Below, piece after piece: positions 28,349 to 36,056 of a stretch of 64,000 nucleotides of DNA (the first letter of the stretch is position 1; the number at the start of each line of letters is the position of its first letter). The DNA is taken from positions 1,088,001-1,152,000 of the forward strand of contig CAWGRW010000009.1 in the NCBI GenBank assembly GCA_963825135.1, given 5' to 3'. Both the position numbers and the translations under genes were made by a program. The DNA is from an uncultured bacterium. Its GTDB lineage: Bacteria; Desulfobacterota_D; UBA1144; Nemesobacterales; UBA2774. Under the pieces are notes generated by a model. It had not been told where the DNA came from. It ran no database searches and worked only from the letters and a program-made list of their open reading frames with translations.

Positions 28349-28924
28349 ATGAGCGATAGAATAATACTGGCTTCTTCCTCGCCCCGGCGTAAAGAGCTCT
28401 TGGCCGCGCTCGGTCTCGCGTTCGATGTAATACACCCGGCTTCCGATGAAACCGTCTTCGGGAACGAATCCCCCGAAGATTTCGTCCTCAGGGTCTCAGC
28501 CGATAAGGCGTCGTCCGTATCGGGGAGTCTCGGAGAAGGGGTTATCGTCATCGGGGCCGATACCATCGTCGTCGTCGACGGCGAGATTCTCGGCAAGCCC
28601 GGAGACCCGAAGGAGGCTTCCCTGATGCTGCGGAAGCTCTCGGGAAAGGAGCATCACGTATATACGGCTTTCTCGATCGTGAGGCCAAAAAATGAACTCC
28701 TGCACAGCGAGATAGTGGACACCCGGGTCCGGGTGAAAACCCTTGCGGCTTCCGAAATAGAAGGTTACATTAAGACCGGAGAGCCCATGGATAAAGCCGG
28801 AGCCTACGGAATACAGGGCAAAGGCTCATTCATGGTCACGGCTATCGAAGGCTCATATTCGAACGTGGTCGGTCTTCCGGTGGAGGAGCTCATCGCGGCC
28901 TTACAAAAACTCGGAATCGTTTAG
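28349..28924 (+). CDS. maf: Maf family nucleotide pyrophosphatase
   Basis: ILASSSPRRKELL, GADTIV, ILGKP, DKAGAYGIQG, NVVGLP. Confidence 0.95.
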   Translation: MSDRIILASSSPRRKELLAALGLAFDVIHPASDETVFGNESPEDFVLRVSADKASSVSGSLGEGVIVIGADTIVVVDGEILGKPGDPKEASLMLRKLSGKEHHVYTAFSIVRPKNELLHSEIVDTRVRVKTLAASEIEGYIKTGEPMDKAGAYGIQGKGSFMVTAIEGSYSNVVGLPVEELIAALQKLGIV

Positions 28925-28937
28925 TTATACTCACAGT

Positions 28938-29627
28938 ATGGATTTGGCAGGCAGTCTCAGGTCCGTTATCGAACGGATAGAAAAAACGGCTGAGGGAACG
29001 GGAAGGGATGCGAGTGAGGTAAAGCTCGTTGCCGTTACCAAAGGGGTTGAGCCCGGGCGCGTTATAGAAGCGATAAGAGCGGGCCAGCTGGCTTTCGGCG
29101 AGAATTACGCGCAGGAATTCAGGCTTAAAAAGGAAGTTGTCGGCAAGGCTGTAAACGGGGATGTCGAGTGGCACTTCATAGGGCGGCTTCAGAGGAACAA
29201 GGTTAAATACCTGATAGGCGAAGCAGCGCTGATCCACTCCCTGGATTCCCTCTCTGTAGCGCGCGAGATCGAGAAGAAGGCAGCGAGCCATGGAATTACA
29301 GTACCGGCGCTCATCGAGGTGGATACGGGCGGGGAGGAAACGAAGGGCGGAGTGAGGTTAGAGAAGCTCGAAGGTTTTCTCAAAAGTCTCGAAGAGTTTC
29401 CCTCGATCGAGGTCCGCGGGCTCATGACGATGCCCCCTTATTTCGACGATCCGGAGCGTGCCCGCCCCTATTTCAGGGCGCTCAGGGAGACGCGCGATAA
29501 GCTCAAGACAGAGTATCCGGGGTTGGTTGAGCTTTCGATGGGCATGAGCGGTGATTTCGAGGCCGCTATCGAGGAGGGCGCTACTTTAGTCAGGGTCGGC
29601 ACGGCTATTTTCGGTCCCAGGGACTGA
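28938..29627 (+). CDS. yggS: PLP homeostasis protein YggS
   Basis: AVTK, FGENYAQE, WHFIG.LQRNK, LSMGMSGDFE.AIEEGAT.VRVGTAIFG. Confidence 0.96.
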   Translation: MDLAGSLRSVIERIEKTAEGTGRDASEVKLVAVTKGVEPGRVIEAIRAGQLAFGENYAQEFRLKKEVVGKAVNGDVEWHFIGRLQRNKVKYLIGEAALIHSLDSLSVAREIEKKAASHGITVPALIEVDTGGEETKGGVRLEKLEGFLKSLEEFPSIEVRGLMTMPPYFDDPERARPYFRALRETRDKLKTEYPGLVELSMGMSGDFEAAIEEGATLVRVGTAIFGPRD

Positions 29628-29652
29628 TAACCCTCGAGAGGTGCGTATCAAT

Positions 29653-30468
29653 ATGGCAAAGATTGGGTTCATAGGCGGCGGAAACATGGCGGAGGCTCTT
29701 ATCAAGGGTCTTATATCGTCCGGGGTATATAAAAAGGGCGACATTCTTGTAAGCGATAACGTTAAAAAGAGACTCGACCACCTGAAGTCCGCCTACGGGG
29801 TCGCCGTGACCCGCGACAATAAAGACCTCGCCGCTAGATCCGATCTCGTGGTCCTGGCCGTTAAACCGAACACCGTACGGAAGGCCGTAAACGAAATAAG
29901 GACTAAAATCACTGCAAAAAAGATACTGGTTTCCATCGCTGCCGGCATCCCGACTTCACTAATATCCGGCGTCCTTAAAAAGAAGGCTAAGTTAGTCCGG
30001 GTCATGCCCAATACCCCCGCCCTCGTCCTCGCCGGAGCGTCGGCGTTATTTTGCGGCCCCGGTCTGAGCGATGAAGAGCGGGAGCGGGTAATGAGGATTT
30101 TTAAATCAGTCGGCATAGCTCACATCGTCGAAGACGAGAGGCTCCTCGATGCGGTCACGGGGCTAAGCGGCAGCGGTCCCGCATTCGTATCCATGTTCAT
30201 CGAGGCGTTATCTGACGGCGGCGTGAAAATGGGTCTTCCGAGAGACGCCGCGCTCAAGCTCGCGGCCCAGACGGTTTACGGCACGGCAAAAATGATTATC
30301 GAGGAAATGTCCCATCCCGCGGTGCTCAAGGACAAGGTCGCGTCCCCCGGAGGCACTACGATAGAGGGCATACACAAGCTCGAAGCAGGCGGGTTCAGGG
30401 CGAACGTCATTTCCGCCGTAGAGGCGGCCGCAAATCGTTCGAAGCAGCTATCCAGGGAGGATAAATAA
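29653..30468 (+). CDS. proC: Pyrroline-5-carboxylate reductase
   Basis: GGGNMA, AVKP, RVMPNTP, TGLSGSGPA, V.SPGGTT. Confidence 0.97.
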   Translation: MAKIGFIGGGNMAEALIKGLISSGVYKKGDILVSDNVKKRLDHLKSAYGVAVTRDNKDLAARSDLVVLAVKPNTVRKAVNEIRTKITAKKILVSIAAGIPTSLISGVLKKKAKLVRVMPNTPALVLAGASALFCGPGLSDEERERVMRIFKSVGIAHIVEDERLLDAVTGLSGSGPAFVSMFIEALSDGGVKMGLPRDAALKLAAQTVYGTAKMIIEEMSHPAVLKDKVASPGGTTIEGIHKLEAGGFRANVISAVEAAANRSKQLSREDK

Positions 30469-30776
30469 TGTTTGTTGTCGCGAACCTCGTAATCGGCGTA
30501 GGGCAGGCACTTCATTACATATTGAATATTTACCTCTTTATCGTAGTCGCCAGGGCCATAATCTCATGGGTGAACCCCGATCCTTATAATCCGATTGTAA
30601 GGTTCTTATACATGGCTACCGAGCCTGTGCTAAGGTACGTGAGAAGGATGATGCCTGTAATAAGCGGCATAGATTTTTCCCCGATAATAGTGATGGTTGC
30701 CCTGTTTTTTATCGACCAGGCGCTGATCCAGTCCATCATCGATTACGGTGTCAGATTGAAAGCGGGTATGCCGTAA
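30468..30776 (+). CDS. yggT: YggT family membrane protein
   Basis: SWVNPDPYNP, TEP.L..VRR, IDFSP. Confidence 0.93.
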   Translation: MFVVANLVIGVGQALHYILNIYLFIVVARAIISWVNPDPYNPIVRFLYMATEPVLRYVRRMMPVISGIDFSPIIVMVALFFIDQALIQSIIDYGVRLKAGMP

Positions 30777-30784
30777 ACGGCCTG

Positions 30785-31069
30785 ATGAAAGAAGCCCCTC
30801 TAACCATAACGGTTCAGGTCCAGCCGAGGTCGTCGCGCGACGAGATCGTCGGCATCCACGAAGGCAGGCTGAAAATCAGGATATCGGCCCCCCCGGTCGA
30901 CGGCCAATCCAACGAGCGCCTGACCGAGGTTCTCGCCAAGGCGTTCGGGGTATCGAAATCGAGTGTCGAGATAGTAAAAGGTCGCCACTCGAGGGTAAAA
31001 ACGATTAGAATATCGGGTATCGGCATGGAAGATTACGACACGCTCGTATCGAAACTCGGCGGCGCGTAG
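30785..31069 (+). CDS. DUF167/YggU family protein
   Basis: VQPRSSR, APPVDG..N, G..SR.K. Confidence 0.9.
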   Translation: MKEAPLTITVQVQPRSSRDEIVGIHEGRLKIRISAPPVDGQSNERLTEVLAKAFGVSKSSVEIVKGRHSRVKTIRISGIGMEDYDTLVSKLGGA

Positions 31070-31100
31070 AACCTCCTGAGCCAGTACCGGAGCGAAAGAG

Positions 31101-31880
31101 ATGCCTGAAATTACAATCGGCGGAAACAGGATAAATTATATAGAAGGCGATATGACCGACCCTGCGCGCCCGACTGTGTTGATGATACACGGCGCCGGGC
31201 AGAGGGTCGCCACGTGGAAACGCCAGCTGGAGCTCCTGAAAAACCACCCTGATTTTAACCTGATAATCCCCGACCTGCCCGGACACGGCGCGTCGGAAGG
31301 TGAAGGCTCGAGGGACATAGCCGGGTATGAGGGCTTTATCGAGGAGTTCTCCGGCGAGCTGGGATTGCGTAAAATTATTCCGGTCGGTCATTCGATGGGC
31401 GGCGGCGTGGCGATGGTTTATGCGCTCGACCACCCGGAAACGGTAATAGCCTCTGTCCTTGTCGGCACCGGCGCCAGGATGCGCGTAGCCGGGGAGACGC
31501 TCAAGACCGTAAAAAACAACTATGAGCTGTTCTGCGACGTAGCGCCTTCGAGAATGATCGCCCCGGGCTCCCCGGAAGAGATCAGGAAGGAATTCAGGGA
31601 AGGCCTGCTCGATACCTCGCCCGATGTGTGCTACTGGGACCTGGTCGCTTGCGACGAGTTCGATATCATGGACAGGGTGCGCGAAATAAAATCGCCCGCG
31701 TGCATCATCTCGGCCGAGCTGGATATCCTGACACCGCCCAAGTACGGGGAGCATCTAAGGAGCTCTATCGGGGGCTCGTCCTACCATCTGATTGGCGGCG
31801 CGGGACACTTCATGATGCAGGAGAGACCCCTCGAATTCAACCGGATATTGTCCTCTTTCTTAATGACGCTCGGGTCTTAG
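31101..31880 (+). CDS. Alpha/beta hydrolase
   Basis: HG.G, DLPGHG.S, GHSMGG nucleophile elbow, D..TP, GAGH. Confidence 0.92.
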   Translation: MPEITIGGNRINYIEGDMTDPARPTVLMIHGAGQRVATWKRQLELLKNHPDFNLIIPDLPGHGASEGEGSRDIAGYEGFIEEFSGELGLRKIIPVGHSMGGGVAMVYALDHPETVIASVLVGTGARMRVAGETLKTVKNNYELFCDVAPSRMIAPGSPEEIRKEFREGLLDTSPDVCYWDLVACDEFDIMDRVREIKSPACIISAELDILTPPKYGEHLRSSIGGSSYHLIGGAGHFMMQERPLEFNRILSSFLMTLGS

Positions 31881-32017
31881 AATAGCAATGAATCCTTAGG
31901 CCCCCTAAATTCATCTATTGAAAATAAGCCCCTCTATATTTATATTAAATCATTAAGGGGGCGGATGGGCAGAGCGTCCCTTTTGATTAAATAAATCAGG
32001 GATTGAGGTAAGTTAGG

Positions 32018-32554
32018 GTGAGACTCTCAATTTCACTTATAGCGGCGCTGATGGTTTTAGGGCCCTTTGTCGGTTCTCAAAGCGCCGAATTCAGCGTAGA
32101 AAATTCAGATAATTCATCAGTTTTAGGAACCGAACAGTCCTGCTACAATTACACTTTCATAGATAACAGCTCGATAAGGGGCACATTGCTCGAAAGCGAG
32201 GAGATGGACTCTTCTCCCTTGAAACCCGATTCAGTCTCGTACGACTCCGTTAAAAACCTCTGTGAGCCTGATAACAAGCTGGATTTGGCTGCAATTGAGA
32301 AAGCCGATAGTCAAAATATTCAAAGTGATGGCTCCGGGGGTTTAAGCGACGAAAATCCGCTCCTGCCCAACCCGCAAATTGCTTTTGTTGAAGACGAGAA
32401 AATGAATTTTGAACAGTTTCAATCGAAAGAAACGATTTTTTACGGCGGCCTCATTCCTTTCACCGCCATACACGACGCCGACCTGAAGACCGAAGACCAC
32501 TTTTTCAATCCCGACAGCTTCTCTCTCTTCCTTTATTTCAAAAGGAAGTTCTGA
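32018..32554 (+). CDS. Secreted hypothetical protein ending in an aromatic beta-signal-like tail
   Basis: SD GAGG, GTG start, signal peptide, acidic Ser/Asp-rich body, C-terminus FSLFLYFKRKF. Confidence 0.6.
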   Translation: MRLSISLIAALMVLGPFVGSQSAEFSVENSDNSSVLGTEQSCYNYTFIDNSSIRGTLLESEEMDSSPLKPDSVSYDSVKNLCEPDNKLDLAAIEKADSQNIQSDGSGGLSDENPLLPNPQIAFVEDEKMNFEQFQSKETIFYGGLIPFTAIHDADLKTEDHFFNPDSFSLFLYFKRKF

Positions 32555-32693
32555 CCTGCCCGGCAGGCTGTAATCACCGCCCCTTTTTATCGAAAGACGC
32601 CCGGAATCGACCGGGACCCGCTCTCGGCCGCTCCCTTTACTAGAATATCTATTTTGTTAAAATAAAGGCAGCCTTTTAAACGGGAGACAGAAA

Positions 32694-33353
32694 ATGAAAA
32701 TAGCGCTATTAGGCGGGACGGGCGATATTGCCGAAGGTCTCGTGCTCAGGTGGTCGAAAGCAGGACATGAGATATTCATCGGCTCGAGGAGCGATGAAAA
32801 GGCAAAGGGCATCGCCGCAGAATATATAGAAAAATTAAAGGCCCTCGGGATTGAGACTAGGATACACGGTATGCCGAACCCGGACGCGGCGAGGCAGGCC
32901 GAAGTAGTAATCATAAGCATCCCGCCCGAGCATGCGGCCGCGACCGTAAGCCAGATAAGGGACAGTTTCACGAACCAGATCGTCGTTACCCCGGTCGTTT
33001 CGATGAAAAGGGAGGGTAAGACGTTTCTGTTCAATCCCCCGGCCCAGGGCTCATCGGCGCTCGAAATAAAAGAAGCCCTCCCGGATACGGCCAGACTCGT
33101 ATCGGCTTATCATAGCCTGCCGGCAAAGGAATTGAGCGAAATAGACAGGACCCTCGATTATGACGTGGTCATATGCGGAGACGACGACGGCGCGAAGGAG
33201 GTAGTTAAGAAAATAACGGAGGATATACCCAACCTCCGGGTTCTGGACGCGGGGTCTCTCGCAGCGTCTGCGATGATTGAGTCTATGACCCCGCTCATAG
33301 TCAATCTAAACGTGAGATATAAGCCGCAGCATTTTTCGGTAAAGTTCGTGTAA
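32694..33353 (+). CDS. npdG: NADPH-dependent F420 reductase (F420H2:NADP+ oxidoreductase)
   Basis: MKIA.LGGTG...GL..RW..AGHE..IGSR...KA, GSSA, SAYH.LPA, DAG.L.....E..TPL. Confidence 0.88.
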   Translation: MKIALLGGTGDIAEGLVLRWSKAGHEIFIGSRSDEKAKGIAAEYIEKLKALGIETRIHGMPNPDAARQAEVVIISIPPEHAAATVSQIRDSFTNQIVVTPVVSMKREGKTFLFNPPAQGSSALEIKEALPDTARLVSAYHSLPAKELSEIDRTLDYDVVICGDDDGAKEVVKKITEDIPNLRVLDAGSLAASAMIESMTPLIVNLNVRYKPQHFSVKFV

Positions 33354-33383
33354 GCCCGCTGAGACGACCCCCGGGGGCTGTCT

Positions 33384-33803
33384 CTACTCTCCGATGATCT
33401 GAACTATCACGTCCCTCGTCCGCGGCCGGTTGTCGAAATCGACCACTATTATCTGCTGCCAGGTCCCGAGCAGGAGCTCGGAAGACGAGAAGGGCACCGT
33501 GAGGGAGGCCCCCTGTATCGCGGCCCTCACGTGGGAATAACCGTTCCCGTCTCCCCACCTCGCGTCGTGATGATACGGGATATTCCTGGGCGCTATCCTT
33601 TCGATAGCCTCCCCGTAGTCCCGTATGGCGCCCCCTTCGTATTCGATCGTCGTGACCCCTGCCGTCGAGCCAGGTATGAACACCGTGACGATGCCGGAAG
33701 ATACCCCGGAGCCCCTCACGATATCCCCGACCTCGGCCGTTATATCAACCAGGTCCGTTTCCCCTTCCGTGCGGAGTCTTATCCCCTTCGTGATTACCGC
33801 CAT
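33384..33803 (-). CDS. yjbQ: YjbQ family protein (secondary thiamine-phosphate synthase)
   Basis: STA..TTIE.E, Y.H, GN..SH, LGTWQ...DFD.RPR.R. Confidence 0.92.
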   Translation of the reverse strand: MAVITKGIRLRTEGETDLVDITAEVGDIVRGSGVSSGIVTVFIPGSTAGVTTIEYEGGAIRDYGEAIERIAPRNIPYHHDARWGDGNGYSHVRAAIQGASLTVPFSSSELLLGTWQQIIVVDFDNRPRTRDVIVQIIGE

Positions 33804-33813
33804 GGAGCGCCTC

Positions 33814-34779
33814 CTAAAATAGTCTTAGCTGAGTGGGCTTCTCGAGCGGGACCGCTTCAAACCCCTTTTTCCGCAGGGTGCGCGCGAAACCGCTGCTCTC
33901 TGCGCCCGTGAGGAAAACCTTTTCCGGGCCCGCGGACTCTACGAACTTAAGGAGGTCCCTGAAGCCCGCCCGGTTACTGAGCGGAAAGACCTCGTCCGCC
34001 CCGTACAAGGTCTTAATATAAGATTTTTCGTCAGGCGCGGATTCTATAACCGCCCCGACTCGTTTGTTCCGGATGTCCCCGATCTCTTTTGCGCCCGGGT
34101 TCAGGGGAAACACGAGGACCCTGCCCTCGGTCTTCTTCGGTTTGAACAATTCGCAGCCGTCGAATCCGACTCCGAATTCCTCGTATATCTTCATGGCCCC
34201 GAATATTGATCTGTGAACGCCGAGCCTGTATCCCGCGGCCCCAAGCCGTTTCACCAGCTCCTCGGCGATGCCGAACGCCTCGGCCAGGAGGACCGGGACC
34301 GAGCCTGATGAGAGCGCACTATCGATAAACCCCGAAAGCGAATTTATCACCTCTTCCGCCGGGGGGAATCCGTATTTCGGGGAGCCGTAGGCGCATTTCA
34401 GGATTAGTATATGACACCCCTTTACCTGCGCGGTCCCCGAAGTGAGAGACTGCCTCAAGTTTATATCCCCGGTGTAAATGATGGTCTTGCCCGATTTTTG
34501 TATCTCGATCTGGGCCGATCCGAGCATGTGCCCGGACGGGATCAGCTCCGCCTGGACGCTTCCGATCGTAAAAGGCCTGTTGTAAGGGCAGGCGAGGACC
34601 AGGGATTTACTGATTTTTTTCTCAATGAGCCTGATCGTCTCGGGCGTCGCGATGACTTTCTCGGAAGGGACGAATTTTCCTATATTTGCGCTCGATATGA
34701 AGGAAAATCTCGCCTTCTTTACGGAATCGAACCACAGGCTTGTTCCCCTTAAATGAATCCCCTGGTCGAACTCTATCAT
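33814..34779 (-). CDS. MBL/beta-CASP fold protein (ligase-associated exonuclease-like), metal ligands degenerate
   Basis: Retains ATPET, SGHMLGSAQ, YTGDI and YG.P.Y.FP; HxHxDH is replaced by SSANIGK and SDHAD by SNRAG; ends QLRLF. Confidence 0.8.
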   Translation of the reverse strand: MIEFDQGIHLRGTSLWFDSVKKARFSFISSANIGKFVPSEKVIATPETIRLIEKKISKSLVLACPYNRPFTIGSVQAELIPSGHMLGSAQIEIQKSGKTIIYTGDINLRQSLTSGTAQVKGCHILILKCAYGSPKYGFPPAEEVINSLSGFIDSALSSGSVPVLLAEAFGIAEELVKRLGAAGYRLGVHRSIFGAMKIYEEFGVGFDGCELFKPKKTEGRVLVFPLNPGAKEIGDIRNKRVGAVIESAPDEKSYIKTLYGADEVFPLSNRAGFRDLLKFVESAGPEKVFLTGAESSGFARTLRKKGFEAVPLEKPTQLRLF

Positions 34780-34932
34780 GAAACTGAAAGTCTAGTGTAC
34801 TTTCAAAGGTATGATTTGCAAGCTCGTACGTCCCTGTTGTTGACAGGGGATAATTCGAACGGTGATAATTCCTGGTCATCCGTCCCGGAATCATTAAGCT
34901 ATTGGGAAATAGTTTTCAAAGGAGCAATCCAA

Positions 34933-36009
34933 ATGGATAAGACCGAAATACTTCTTAAGGAATTGACCGAATCCCACGGCGTGCCGGGCTATGAGACCGA
35001 CGTCCGAGAGGTTATCAGGAAATACATGAAGCCCATCGGCGCCATAAGCAAGGACAACATGGGGAGCCTCATTTGCAAAAAGCCCGGAAAGTCGGACGAG
35101 CCTAAAATAATGCTGGCGGGCCACATGGACGAGATAGGCTTCATGGTAAAGCACATCTCGGCGGACGGTTTTATACGGTTTACCACACTCGGCGGCTGGT
35201 GGGACCACGTCCTCCTCGGCCAGCGGGTTTTGTTGAAAACGCATAAAGGGGACGTCATAGGGGTTATAGGGGCCAAGCCCCCCCACCTGTTGTCCCAGGA
35301 CGAGCGCACGAAACTGCTCCAGAGAAAGAATATGTATATAGACATCGGCGCGTCCTCGGAAAAGGAGATCGAGAAAGCGGGTGTGCGCGTGGGGGATCCG
35401 ATTGTGCCCGTAAGCGAGTTTTCGGTGCTCGTTAACCCCAAGACGTATATGTCGAAGGCCTTCGATGACCGCGTGGGGTGCGCCGTTGTCATAACGGCGC
35501 TTCAATCACTCCCGGCGAGCGGTCATCCAAACACTTTATACGGAGTGGCCACGGTTCAGGAAGAGGTCGGGGTCAGGGGCGCTAGCACGAGCGTCGAGAT
35601 GGTGGGTCCCGACATCGCGATAATACTCGAGTCGGATATTGCGGGCGACGTGCCGGGTATAAAGCCGGACGAGTCCTCGACCAAACTCAACGGCGGGCCT
35701 TCGCTTCTTCTCTACGACGCGCGCATGATTCCCAATTTGAAACTCAGGGACCTTGTCGTGGACACGGCTAAAAAATCGAAGATACCGCTCCAGTTCACCA
35801 CGATGGAGGGGGGAGCGACGGACGGCTCCGTCATACACCTCCATAAACACGGCGTCCCCACGGTAGTGCTGGGCGTCCCCACACGTCACATACACAGCCA
35901 CAACGCAATAATTCACAGAAACGACTTCGATAACACGGTCAAGCTGCTTAAGGCCGTCGTTCAGAGGCTCGACAGGAAGAAGGTCGATGAGATCAAGTCG
36001 TTTATGTAA
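34933..36009 (+). CDS. M42 family aminopeptidase
   Basis: GVPG.E, AGHMDEIG, KAFDDRVGC, VQEEVG.RGA, TR.IHS; SD AAGGAG before ATG 34933. Confidence 0.93.
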   Translation: MDKTEILLKELTESHGVPGYETDVREVIRKYMKPIGAISKDNMGSLICKKPGKSDEPKIMLAGHMDEIGFMVKHISADGFIRFTTLGGWWDHVLLGQRVLLKTHKGDVIGVIGAKPPHLLSQDERTKLLQRKNMYIDIGASSEKEIEKAGVRVGDPIVPVSEFSVLVNPKTYMSKAFDDRVGCAVVITALQSLPASGHPNTLYGVATVQEEVGVRGASTSVEMVGPDIAIILESDIAGDVPGIKPDESSTKLNGGPSLLLYDARMIPNLKLRDLVVDTAKKSKIPLQFTTMEGGATDGSVIHLHKHGVPTVVLGVPTRHIHSHNAIIHRNDFDNTVKLLKAVVQRLDRKKVDEIKSFM

Positions 36010-36056
36010 CGCGGTTTATCTCGTATTCGCAATTTACTGGTAAACTTAAAACCACA

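Noticed and set aside
34753..34932. 60-aa N-terminal extension of the M42 peptidase
   Set aside because: Overlaps the divergent gene start; a clear SD precedes ATG 34933.
36010..36056. Possible SOS box upstream of uvrA
   Set aside because: No palindrome matching a LexA motif I recognise.
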